From a virus: a stretch of 58,139 nucleotides of DNA. The notes beneath the pieces were generated by a model that had not been told where the DNA came from, searched no databases, and was given only the letters and a program-made list of their open reading frames with translations. The stretch is from IMG/VR virus record IMGVR_UViG_3300045988_055482, positions 1 to 58,139 of that record; one strand, given 5' to 3'. This document shows, piece by piece, positions 45,362 through 54,281 of this stretch (position 1 is the stretch's first letter; each line of letters starts with the position of its first letter). A program made the position numbers and the translations under genes.

Positions 45362-46261
45362 ATGATAACCTTAGATGGATTCAAAAATTATATTCTACTT
45401 CGTAGAGATGCTTTTGAGTATAAACATGACTTGAATGAGCTTAAGAAGAACCCTTTGTATAGGAAACACTTTCCTAATAACCTGAAATACTTAGATGATA
45501 CTTCTCAAACTCTTATTAGAACTTTGAATAATCATCCTGTACCTCTTAGAGATAAGTTGCTTACTGTTCTTGTGTACCGTGTTGTAGGTGATAAAAAGGT
45601 CGTTAGACGCTATGCAAACAAGAAGGGGGTCTATACCCTTAAGGAGCTAGAAAAACTCGCTACAGCGCTTAATAAGGACTCTCTGAGGCTCTTAAATAGA
45701 TACTCTACTCCACTAGCAAGAAAAGGTATAACTGGTCTTAGTAGAGGTGAGTTTCTCTTGGCTGTATCCTGTGACTTCTTAGATAAGTTGCCAAAGGATA
45801 ACTTCTACAAGTGGAAGATTTCTGAAATAGCTAGACAGTTTGTGGAGTTTGAGAAGGTGTATGGCATCAAATATGCAATGGCTTATCAATTAGCTTCTGA
45901 TATTAGTTATATTAATGAGCTTAATGTTAAAGTGGACTTTATCAAGACTATTCCTGAGAATGTGAGGGAAATGTTTTCTTATATAGCAGGAAAGCCTTAT
46001 AGACTTAAAGATTATGAGAAATTTACCTATGAAATGATGGATTGGTATAGTAAGCAAGAGTTTCTTGAGAATAAGGAGAGATTAGTTCTACCTCATGACA
46101 TTACACAGATGCTTATTGGTTATAGGTACTACTCAATGAGTTCAGGAGTTATATCAAGGTTTAGACAAGAAAAGAAACCAAAAAACCTCACAAGAGGTAT
46201 TGTTATTGCAAGGAGCATATATGACTTTTACACACAAAGTATGGGTACTAAAGAGGATTGA
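45362..46261 (+). CDS. Hypothetical protein
   Basis: 299-aa ORF, RBS AGGAGGG. Confidence 0.65.
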   Translation: MITLDGFKNYILLRRDAFEYKHDLNELKKNPLYRKHFPNNLKYLDDTSQTLIRTLNNHPVPLRDKLLTVLVYRVVGDKKVVRRYANKKGVYTLKELEKLATALNKDSLRLLNRYSTPLARKGITGLSRGEFLLAVSCDFLDKLPKDNFYKWKISEIARQFVEFEKVYGIKYAMAYQLASDISYINELNVKVDFIKTIPENVREMFSYIAGKPYRLKDYEKFTYEMMDWYSKQEFLENKERLVLPHDITQMLIGYRYYSMSSGVISRFRQEKKPKNLTRGIVIARSIYDFYTQSMGTKED

Positions 46262-46442
46262 TGAGCTAGGTAATTGCTATCACACCATAGAGGTAAAGAA
46301 CTACAACATGAGAAATAAGTTCATTAGAGAATGGCTCTGTGATGAGAGAAATTACACAAGAACAAATGAGGGCGATGTAGAGATTATCCTTAAACGAAAT
46401 GGAGAGGAGTTATGGTTTTATGAAGAACACAAAGAAGACTAA
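46221..46442 (+). CDS. Hypothetical small protein
   Basis: ATG 46221 lies 5 nt after AAGGAG. It overlaps the upstream gene by 41 nt. Confidence 0.45.
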   Translation: MTFTHKVWVLKRIDELGNCYHTIEVKNYNMRNKFIREWLCDERNYTRTNEGDVEIILKRNGEELWFYEEHKED

Positions 46443-46704
46443 ATTGTCTCCAGAGGAAGCCTCTGATAAGTATATTGAGCTAGAGAAACTACACAGAGAG
46501 TTATCAGATAAGATAGAATTAACTCCTGACTATAGGAAACAAACAGCTTTGAGGAAGAGGAAGAAGAGAATCAGAGCTGAACAGAACCTCTTATACCCAT
46601 ATATGGTTGGTACTGGTTATGTTACTTACACAGAACAAGTGTTAGGTCTAAAGGGTAATCAAGCTCTATATGGAAGGTATATAAGAGGAATAGGTAAGAA
46701 ATAG
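46420..46704 (+). CDS. Hypothetical basic protein
   Basis: MKNTKKTKLSPEE... with KRKKRIRAEQ. Start is 46399 or 46420. Confidence 0.5.
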   Translation: MKNTKKTKLSPEEASDKYIELEKLHRELSDKIELTPDYRKQTALRKRKKRIRAEQNLLYPYMVGTGYVTYTEQVLGLKGNQALYGRYIRGIGKK

Positions 46705-46713
46705 GAGGTCTAT

Positions 46714-47151
46714 ATGGCTTTTATTGAACTAGAGGAACTCAGAAGACTATCTAAGAAGGGTATATATTTTCCTAACCAAAGACCTGTGGATACAACCTTG
46801 TTTGGGCATAAGTGTTCTGTGTATGGTTTCTTAAGAGATGGTGAACCTAATCTAATGATAGTTTCACATAACCGTGCTGATGGGTTTCATAGTGGTTGGA
46901 AGGATATTAATCATAGGAATATGTTGGCTAATAGATGTTATGAGATTCCTTATAGAGGTCAAGTAGTTTTCCTAGAGGATTGTTTATTTAATTATGTTAA
47001 TATTGGCCTAAATTACTGTGGCACAGAGTTCATTTATGATAGGGATGGTAATATGTCAGGGTTTATTTACCCTGTTAAGTTATTTAGTAATGGTGACCTT
47101 CATGCTTTATTTGTGTCAGAAACTGTATGTAAGGGAGTGCTTATAGTATGA
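46714..47151 (+). CDS. Hypothetical protein (member of a small paralog set)
   Basis: RBS AGGAGG. C-terminal GFIYPVKLFSNGDLHALFVSE resembles GYVFPIKTVFSDGSPHYEMLFISD in the next ORF. Confidence 0.6.
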   Translation: MAFIELEELRRLSKKGIYFPNQRPVDTTLFGHKCSVYGFLRDGEPNLMIVSHNRADGFHSGWKDINHRNMLANRCYEIPYRGQVVFLEDCLFNYVNIGLNYCGTEFIYDRDGNMSGFIYPVKLFSNGDLHALFVSETVCKGVLIV

Positions 47152-47453
47152 ATGATTTAGTTAGGATTGTAAAAGAGAACTTACCATGTAATGTGGAGTT
47201 AACACAGAAACCTTATAAGGTGAGTTTAAGTAAGGAAATGGTTTATATCCATAATGATGTAGGTTATGTATTTCCTATTAAAACTGTTTTTAGTGATGGA
47301 AGTCCTCATTATGAAATGTTGTTTATATCAGATAAACAACATAGTATTTTTCATAGTGCCTCATCATTATTTGGTGTACTTGTGAAAGAATTAGATAAAA
47401 GATGTTATTGGGTAAATGGAAAAGATATATTTAAGGAGGTGTTCACTGTATGA
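47148..47453 (+). CDS. Hypothetical protein (paralog set)
   Basis: 101 aa, ATGA coupling. Confidence 0.6.
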   Translation: MNDLVRIVKENLPCNVELTQKPYKVSLSKEMVYIHNDVGYVFPIKTVFSDGSPHYEMLFISDKQHSIFHSASSLFGVLVKELDKRCYWVNGKDIFKEVFTV

Positions 47454-47746
47454 GTAATAAAGAATATGTGTTAAGTGTCATAAAAGATAAGTATATTATA
47501 ACAAAACCTCCTGTAAGAGCTATACTTACCCAATACTTAACTAAAACTAAGCATAAAGGTTTTTATGTAGAGTTTAAATCAAATTATAGGCCTGATTACA
47601 TCTATAGGTTATTCATTAATGATACTGTAGGTTATAAATACTTTCATAATGCACCAAATGTGCTATGTGTACCTGATATTGAAGATTGTTTATGGTTTAA
47701 AGAATATTATGATAAAATTAAAATAATTGAAGGACTATTTATTTGA
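47450..47746 (+). CDS. Hypothetical protein (paralog set)
   Basis: 98 aa, ATGA coupling, RBS AAGGAGG. Confidence 0.6.
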   Translation: MSNKEYVLSVIKDKYIITKPPVRAILTQYLTKTKHKGFYVEFKSNYRPDYIYRLFINDTVGYKYFHNAPNVLCVPDIEDCLWFKEYYDKIKIIEGLFI

Positions 47747-47755
47747 GGTGATAAA

Positions 47756-48045
47756 ATGTTAAATCATCAAGATGAGTATATAAGTTAATAAATGAAAAGT
47801 TTGGTATAGTAGGTAAACCAAAAGTAGCTACATATAAATGCTATGGTTGCACTGAGTATAGGGGCATTGTGGTTGAGCTTCATGGATATGATACTAATTC
47901 AAGATTAATATTTTTAGCAGACAACCAAATGGAATGCTTTCATAGATTAACTTCAGAATTGGATAGTGAACATCTGCCTTGTTGTGTATGGATTACTAGA
48001 TACACTGATAACTACCTAGATATACACAGAGGATTTTATATATAA
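47756..48045 (+). pseudogene. Frameshifted fourth paralog of 47450..47746
   Basis: ATG 47756 after GAGGTG gives MLNHQDEYIS, then a stop at 47786. The -1 frame is open from 47776 (VYKLINEKFGIVGKPKVATYKCYGCTEYRGIVVELHGYD...HRGFYI, stop 48045). The joined product parallels MSNKEYVLSVIKDKYIITKPP... Confidence 0.55.
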
Positions 48046-48048
48046 AAT

Positions 48049-48075
48049 AAAAAGAGCCAATTAAGGCTCTTTTTA
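48049..48075. terminator. Bidirectional terminator between the convergent arms
   Basis: aaaaagagcc-aattaa-ggctcttttt. Flanked by an A-run and a T-run. Confidence 0.7.
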
Positions 48076-48903
48076 TTTTTGTTCTTGATTCTCTGTGAAC
48101 TTAAGGCAATCAGGTAGGTCTTTACCTTCTACAATAGGTACATACTCTACTTTAAACTGGTGAAGTCTAAATACACCGCTTGCAGAGTTATCTGGAACTA
48201 CTCTTACCTTTATATATTGACCTTTAGGTACTATAATGGTATCACTCATTTCCATAGCACCATCTGTAACACCCATCATTTGCCAATGCACAGAACGTTG
48301 CTTAAGCATATCTGTGGTATAGGATTCTCCACTGTGATAAACTACAATCTGCATTGTGTTATCTTCACTGGCTTTTAGTGTAGTACCATCAGCACACCAT
48401 CTTAGAAATACTCTATACTGTCTATCTGTGAGTCTTCTTCTTTGGTCATCATTCTCAAAGTCTACCCCTGTAGTAGAATCCATATATAGGGAAACCTCAT
48501 ATTCTTTAGTGATAGAAGTATAGAATGTAGAAGATGATACAGCAGAGTTACGAGAATAGTTTGTGTGAACTTTACCCATATCTCCAATAGAGGCTACATA
48601 TTCACCCATACACTGTACCATATCCCACAATGCACAGATATTCTCAATATAGTGATTAAGTTGGCATGTGAGTTTTCTCAATAGTGAACCAAAGAACTTA
48701 GGATTGTAGCACTTCTGTGAATCTGCCATACAAGCATATCTACCAATACCTTTATTATTCTCATCCACAAGACCATCACAGTCAGCAATAGGAATATGGT
48801 CACAGTCACAGCTATCATACCAGCAATGCTTTTCAGCTTTATCTTTATAACTTGTAAGAGAGGCTTCATTTAATCGTGTATCTTTATTATCAATGTAACT
48901 CAT
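48073..48903 (-). CDS. Cys-module distal tail / receptor-binding candidate
   Basis: 276 aa. CWYDSCDCDHIPIADCDG...YACMADSQKC...LTCQ...ICALWDMVQC. Confidence 0.55.
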   Translation of the reverse strand: MSYIDNKDTRLNEASLTSYKDKAEKHCWYDSCDCDHIPIADCDGLVDENNKGIGRYACMADSQKCYNPKFFGSLLRKLTCQLNHYIENICALWDMVQCMGEYVASIGDMGKVHTNYSRNSAVSSSTFYTSITKEYEVSLYMDSTTGVDFENDDQRRRLTDRQYRVFLRWCADGTTLKASEDNTMQIVVYHSGESYTTDMLKQRSVHWQMMGVTDGAMEMSDTIIVPKGQYIKVRVVPDNSASGVFRLHQFKVEYVPIVEGKDLPDCLKFTENQEQK

Positions 48904-48911
48904 AATAACTC

Positions 48912-49928
48912 CTAAACTGTATCTAACCTAGAATATGAATTTGATGGGTAAGGGTTTTTCTTGCTCAGTGTTCTTCCATAAGCAAACATACCGAATCTAA
49001 TGTCAGTAATATTAAACGTAATAAACCCTTTTTCCTCACTACCTACTTTTAGAGGTATTTTGGCTTGTTCCATTGAGTCAATTTCACCTTTACTTAGTTT
49101 GTGCATATACTGTGTTACTTTAAAATCAACAACTTCATAATACATAAGGTATGCTTCAATATGAATACTACACTTACCTTGGTTATCCCAATCAGTTGTA
49201 TAAACAAATCTTATTGAAACACCATCATCTAAGGGGTATTCATAATTGTTAGAAATTGATTCTTTGGTAATATCAAGTTTAATTATACGATTATTATTAC
49301 GAGTATAAGTGTTACTAATAGTAGAGTCTTTATGTTTTACTTCATATATACAATCAAACTCAAGAATGGATACTCCTATATCTGAAGCTGGAACAGTTCC
49401 ATCATTTTTAACCCCATAATAGTTGTTACCACTAACATCGTTGAATAAAGTATTAGGTGTAATTCTAATAAGGTTTCCTACAACATTGCTACTAGAAGTA
49501 TCATAAGGATATTGAGAAGCAGTTTTTTCTCTATAATCCTCATGCTCTAATTTGACTACTCTTTCCTTGATACCACTAGAGTCATTTAATGGCAGAACAA
49601 CAGAGTTACCATCAGATATTTTAAGGATATTGTTTTCTAAGGACAATGTTTGGTTTTTAGCTATAACTTTACTAGAGATAACATTATCATTAGTTATTGA
49701 AATACCATCTCCAGCTTTATAGGTTCTTCCTTGACCATTCACTTGAAGCCATTCAGCTCTATCAGGAGATAAAGCATAGAGGTTTCCATCTGGTGTTCTG
49801 TATAAATGGTCATAATCACCCAAGAAAGGGTCAGGCAATACATCCACAGGAGCAATCCAAGTATCTTTACTTGCTAGACACTCACTACAGAATGTTTTAG
49901 GGTTTCCCCCACAAGAATAGCAACTCAT
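48912..49928 (-). CDS. Tail fibre-like protein
   Basis: N-terminal MSCYSCGGNPKTFCSECL. QTLSLENNILKISDGNSVVLPL matches QTLSLEGNTLSISNGNSVELPT in the 578-aa fibre. Confidence 0.55.
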   Translation of the reverse strand: MSCYSCGGNPKTFCSECLASKDTWIAPVDVLPDPFLGDYDHLYRTPDGNLYALSPDRAEWLQVNGQGRTYKAGDGISITNDNVISSKVIAKNQTLSLENNILKISDGNSVVLPLNDSSGIKERVVKLEHEDYREKTASQYPYDTSSSNVVGNLIRITPNTLFNDVSGNNYYGVKNDGTVPASDIGVSILEFDCIYEVKHKDSTISNTYTRNNNRIIKLDITKESISNNYEYPLDDGVSIRFVYTTDWDNQGKCSIHIEAYLMYYEVVDFKVTQYMHKLSKGEIDSMEQAKIPLKVGSEEKGFITFNITDIRFGMFAYGRTLSKKNPYPSNSYSRLDTV

Positions 49929-49929
49929 A

Positions 49930-50172
49930 TTATCCTCCTTTTAGTTTATCTAATTCTTTAGTAAGCCAATCAATTTGTTTGATTAGGTTTTTGTTAATGC
50001 ACCACTGTGAGTAGGCAAATTTGGCTGTCTGGTCTACAATTTCACACATTTGGCTATCCCTGAGAACTAGAGCGTGCATTTTTATTTTATCATCATTCTG
50101 TACTAAGAGTGATTGGCAAGCTGTCTTACCAACTACTATATCTTCACACTGACAGTTTACACAATCTGACAT
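49930..50172 (-). CDS. Small protein consisting of the Cys module alone
   Basis: 80 aa. MSDCVNCQCED...ACQ...QMCE...QWC plus a short coiled coil. Confidence 0.55.
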   Translation of the reverse strand: MSDCVNCQCEDIVVGKTACQSLLVQNDDKIKMHALVLRDSQMCEIVDQTAKFAYSQWCINKNLIKQIDWLTKELDKLKGG

Positions 50173-51474
50173 TTATTTCTCCTTAAAACAGTCAAAGTCA
50201 CAATCGAGAAGGCCACACTTCTTAATTGGGGGTAGAGGTCTTTCAGGAATATGTAAGTCTAGCACTTCACCTTTGAAAGTGTTACCAAAGAACTCCATAA
50301 CATAATCTGAACCATCTGGTGTTTCACCATATTGTTTACCTGCATCAGGATGTCCTCCTAGAATCTCAAAGTCAAGCACAGTACCAATACCTGCAAAAAG
50401 CATTGAGCCAACAGGTATAGAAGATTCATTTGATACACTATTACCTGATATGTTATTGAAGTATCCTGAACCATATTGACCTATATCAGCACCATTAGGA
50501 ATCTTAAAGATTGTTTGGCTATTATTAAACTTAACCAAGAAACCTTGATGATAGTCAATATCATTTACTACACATACAATCATAAGGTTTAAGGGTATTC
50601 CCTCATCATCTGTAAAAGTAAAGCTACCCTCTACTCGATATAGGTGGAATATGTTAAAGGCAATACCTCCTGTAGAGCTATACACAGTGATAGATTTAGC
50701 TGATTCATAATCATGGTCATAGAATGTATGAGCATCTGAGCGAATATGGAAGTTTTTAATCTTAACCTCTACATTGACATTCTTACCTGTAGTTGTTTTA
50801 GCTACATGGTTTAGTTTAACCTTTACTCCGGGTTTTAAATCACTACCTACAAACTTGGTAAGAGGATTATCCCCAAACCCAATTCCACCAACAACATAGT
50901 CAACATCATCCTTAGATGTAGCAAAGGAGAACCCTGAGTAGTAATCATAACTACCTCTACCAGATTCCTTATAAGTTCCTGATAGATAAATTCCATCTTT
51001 AGCCTCTGTGGTAGAATCCTTCTTAATTTGTTCTAGTCTTGCTGTATTCTTATTGAGGATTCTAATTTCGTCATTATATATCTCTTTAGCTTTCTTATAT
51101 ATAACATCTATGGATTCATCTTCTCTAAAGGTTATTTCTCTTAAGCGTTTGACTTTCTCTCTATTTCTCTTAGAGGTAATGTCATTAATCACATCCATAG
51201 TGTTATCCATACAGTGTTGAGCTTCACAGACCTTTTTAATCTTTTTCTGTATCATTGTGATTCTATCTATTGTCTGACACAAAGTTGCTATGAGTTTTCT
51301 TGAATGACAATAGATATGACTGATACCTTTTTCTGTGTTACTTGTGATATAGCACTGTTCTGAGTCTCTTACAATATCTCCTGAACGTTTGATATTCTCT
51401 ACTGACCTATTAGATTCACACCAGTTAAGGTCTAGGAGTTTATCATCACACTTACAATTACATGAACCTGACAT
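50173..51474 (-). CDS. Cys-module distal tail / receptor-binding candidate
   Basis: 433 aa. MSGSCNCKCDD..NWCE...EQCY...IYCH...LCQ...VCEAQHC. Confidence 0.55.
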   Translation of the reverse strand: MSGSCNCKCDDKLLDLNWCESNRSVENIKRSGDIVRDSEQCYITSNTEKGISHIYCHSRKLIATLCQTIDRITMIQKKIKKVCEAQHCMDNTMDVINDITSKRNREKVKRLREITFREDESIDVIYKKAKEIYNDEIRILNKNTARLEQIKKDSTTEAKDGIYLSGTYKESGRGSYDYYSGFSFATSKDDVDYVVGGIGFGDNPLTKFVGSDLKPGVKVKLNHVAKTTTGKNVNVEVKIKNFHIRSDAHTFYDHDYESAKSITVYSSTGGIAFNIFHLYRVEGSFTFTDDEGIPLNLMIVCVVNDIDYHQGFLVKFNNSQTIFKIPNGADIGQYGSGYFNNISGNSVSNESSIPVGSMLFAGIGTVLDFEILGGHPDAGKQYGETPDGSDYVMEFFGNTFKGEVLDLHIPERPLPPIKKCGLLDCDFDCFKEK

Positions 51475-51482
51475 AGTACCTC

Positions 51483-52322
51483 CTAGCAGTTTTCACAATC
51501 AATAACACACCCCTGTGTAGAGGTAAAGAATCCAATAGAGATTGTATTTGTAGTCTCTGTATCTACCCAAGAGTCAAAGAATTTGAATAGTTCAATATTA
51601 TTGACACCTGCTGATGCAGAGTATTTAACGTCCTTATTGATGATAATTTCTCTTACATCCCCTGACCAAGCTAAAGCAGGGTCATAGCTCTTCTCAAAGA
51701 CTTTCTCTCCATCTAGCTTAGACACAGAGATGATAGCCTCATTGATAAATCTACCTTTCTTACCTACATATGAGATATTAGAGAAAGTAACTTTATCAAT
51801 GTGTGTTTTAATATCCCCAGTCTTCTCTAATGAGGTTGTATAGTGTACTTTACCTGTGATTGTACCTTCACCTTGAGAAGTTCCATTAGCATATTTATCC
51901 CACTTAAGTTTAAATGAACCATCTTTGTTAATATCAACTAACTTAACTCTTCCAGAAGACATTACTTGCTTCATAGAAATAGCTATATTCTCCACAGTAG
52001 TTCCCTTTAAGAGCCCTAGAATCTCTGTTAGCTGAGCATTCTGACAATTAGCTGTTGAACAAAGGCTATCTACTTTTCTCTCTAAACAATCTACTGCTTT
52101 AAGAATATAGCATACAAAGTTTATGATATTTGTAAAAACACACCAGACAGCATAAAATGCTTGTCTGATGGCTTCTTGTACATTACACCATTCTGAAACA
52201 GAGATTTTACGCATTGCTGGTCTGATTTTAATGTCATTTAGTTCATATAACTTAGAGCAATTCTCTAGAGAAGGCTCAACTTTTTCACATTCACAGTTCT
52301 TGCTCAAACAGTTATTTGACAT
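51483..52322 (-). CDS. Cys-module distal tail / receptor-binding candidate
   Basis: 279 aa. MSNNCLSKNCECEK...ENC...EWC...VWC...VCY...DCL...LCSTANC. Ends QGCVIDCENC. Confidence 0.55.
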   Translation of the reverse strand: MSNNCLSKNCECEKVEPSLENCSKLYELNDIKIRPAMRKISVSEWCNVQEAIRQAFYAVWCVFTNIINFVCYILKAVDCLERKVDSLCSTANCQNAQLTEILGLLKGTTVENIAISMKQVMSSGRVKLVDINKDGSFKLKWDKYANGTSQGEGTITGKVHYTTSLEKTGDIKTHIDKVTFSNISYVGKKGRFINEAIISVSKLDGEKVFEKSYDPALAWSGDVREIIINKDVKYSASAGVNNIELFKFFDSWVDTETTNTISIGFFTSTQGCVIDCENC

Positions 52323-52327
52323 ATCAG

Positions 52328-52531
52328 TTACTCATTTTCTTTGTTATACTTAACACTTGAGATACCAATAAGAGTACCTAGTAAAGCGTTAAAAGCAGTC
52401 ATAATTACGATAGTTGTGGTCATGTCATACCCTAGTTGCACACCTACAATATTCACAAAAGTGATAATAGCAGGAAGGGCAATTAGCACAACATACTTAA
52501 GAATATCATATACTTGATTAGATAGTTTCAT
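52328..52531 (-). CDS. Holin (Dp-1 holin-like, 67 aa, two TM segments)
   Basis: YVVLIALPAIITFVNIVGV and TTIVIMTAFNALLGTLIGI, with a charged C-terminus. Confidence 0.6.
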   Translation of the reverse strand: MKLSNQVYDILKYVVLIALPAIITFVNIVGVQLGYDMTTTIVIMTAFNALLGTLIGISSVKYNKENE

Positions 52532-52544
52532 AGTTTATACCTCA

Positions 52545-54281
52545 TTATTTCTTAAAGATACCTGGGATGTTGATGATAATACGTTTATTAAAGATATTGG
52601 AATCAGTTGTAGCATACATTCTTATTACATTAGCTCCCTTATCTACCCAAATAGATGTAGAAACATCTCCTACCCATACTTGAGACTCAATAAGCTCAGC
52701 AGGTTTAGGGGCATTAGCAGGGAGATTAGCAATAACAAATCCTTGACCAACAGCCTTAAGAATCTTAAAGTCTACCTTCAAGATACCTACACCTGTGCTA
52801 CTAGAATAAGTAAGAGTGATTCTAGGAGACCTATCTGTGTCAAAAGTACCTTCTTGAACAATCTCTCTATTAGTAAAAGTTCCTCTATAGACTGTAATAT
52901 CAGTTGCTTTAGCTTCTTGCTTAGTAACAATGTCATTGACTTCCTCTTTAGTGTAAGTTTTAGACTTGTCATAGTAGTTCTCTAAAGCACCATTGATATT
53001 TACATTGTAAGTGTTAGCATCCTCTGTCTCAGTGTGAGTTACAATAACACCTTCTGAATCAGAAGTAACCTTAGTAGGCTTAGCTGTAGAGGCTGTAGGA
53101 AGCTCCACAGAGTTTCCATTAGAGATGCTTAAGGTATTTCCTTCAAGGGATAATGTTTGCTTGTCTTTAGACTCAAGAGCAATAAGTCTAGCTTCATTAT
53201 TTACCCTGATTTCACTAATGTCATGTAAAGCACTAGCTACAGAGCTACCTAAGTCATGCACCTCTTCCTTAAGCTCTGTGTCATTATACACAGTATCTTT
53301 GTCAGGCTTGTTTTCTAAGGCTTCCACTCTATTTCTAAGGGCAGTATCATCATAAGCCACAGAAACAGTATCATTGTCGGTAAACTCAACTTCCTTATTG
53401 TCACCATTGACCATAGTGTAAGTAAGTTTTACTGTGTTACCTTCTCTAGACACACCAACATTAGATACAAAGTTGTCAGTCTTACCTTCTAGTGTAGTGA
53501 CTCTTTCCTTCAAAGCACTATCGTCATAGACTGTATCCTTATCAGGCTTTTCCTCAAGGTTATGGATACGTTCTTCAAGGGCTGTATCTTTCTCTGCAAG
53601 GTCATTTGCTTTACCTTCTAGAGTAGTTACTCTACCTTTTAGTTCTGTATCATCATAGCTAGTTCCTTGTGGTCTTTCCTCTAAGGCTGTAATCTTGCTC
53701 CTAAGCTCACTATCGTCATAGATAGTATCTTTGTCAGGTTTCTCTTCTAAAGCTGTAATACGAGCGTCTGTGTGCGTTCTGAGAGCAGTTAAGTCATTCT
53801 CAACTCCTTGGATTGCACTTTCATTAGCTTTGATACCTTGTTTAACTTCTGTATCATCATAGATAGTGTCCTTATCTGCCTTACCTTCTAGAGCTACAAC
53901 TCTATCAGTAAGGTCAGTAAGCTTACCATCTTGCTCTTTGTCTTTGTTTTCAAGTTCTTTCAAAACATTTGCAAGAGTTTCATTGGTTTTTACTGTAAAT
54001 GTTACATCACCATTTTCATTAAGGGTTTCCTTTTCCACAGTGATATAACCTTCACCAAGAACACTAACAACTTGAGGAGTGAGGTCAATAGCATCATAAC
54101 CTGTTCTATCAGGACGAAGTACATAAGCCTTCTTGTCTTTACCATCACCTTCTTTAGGAATAATGTAAATATAATTAAGGTCAGCAGTCTCTTTAGAAGG
54201 AAGTTCATTTACAACCTTAACAATAGAGTCACGTTTTACTAACTCTTTTAAGCATTCAACCTCAATTTTTACCTTAGTCAT
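52545..54281 (-). CDS. Tail fibre with a repetitive coiled-coil shaft
   Basis: 578 aa. Five or more repeats of LE(E/G)K.DKDT(I/V)YDD(S/T)(E/A)L(K/R). Confidence 0.7.
   Translation of the reverse strand: MTKVKIEVECLKELVKRDSIVKVVNELPSKETADLNYIYIIPKEGDGKDKKAYVLRPDRTGYDAIDLTPQVVSVLGEGYITVEKETLNENGDVTFTVKTNETLANVLKELENKDKEQDGKLTDLTDRVVALEGKADKDTIYDDTEVKQGIKANESAIQGVENDLTALRTHTDARITALEEKPDKDTIYDDSELRSKITALEERPQGTSYDDTELKGRVTTLEGKANDLAEKDTALEERIHNLEEKPDKDTVYDDSALKERVTTLEGKTDNFVSNVGVSREGNTVKLTYTMVNGDNKEVEFTDNDTVSVAYDDTALRNRVEALENKPDKDTVYNDTELKEEVHDLGSSVASALHDISEIRVNNEARLIALESKDKQTLSLEGNTLSISNGNSVELPTASTAKPTKVTSDSEGVIVTHTETEDANTYNVNINGALENYYDKSKTYTKEEVNDIVTKQEAKATDITVYRGTFTNREIVQEGTFDTDRSPRITLTYSSSTGVGILKVDFKILKAVGQGFVIANLPANAPKPAELIESQVWVGDVSTSIWVDKGANVIRMYATTDSNIFNKRIIINIPGIFKK
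53246..53921 (-). repeat. In-frame tandem repeats encoding the fibre shaft
   Basis: ALEGKADKDTIYDDTEVK, ALEEKPDKDTIYDDSELR, ALEERPQGTSYDDTELK, NLEEKPDKDTVYDDSALK and ALENKPDKDTVYNDTELK in the translation. Confidence 0.7.

Noticed and set aside
45362-46261. Possible relation of the 299-aa protein to thymidine-hypermodification (aGPT-pyrophosphorylase-like) enzymes
   Set aside because: This rests only on a vague memory of helical motifs such as AYQ..D..Y. The companion genes of that pathway (a dUMP hydroxymethylase and a 5-hmdU DNA kinase) are not evident in the window. It would need a profile search before it can be claimed.
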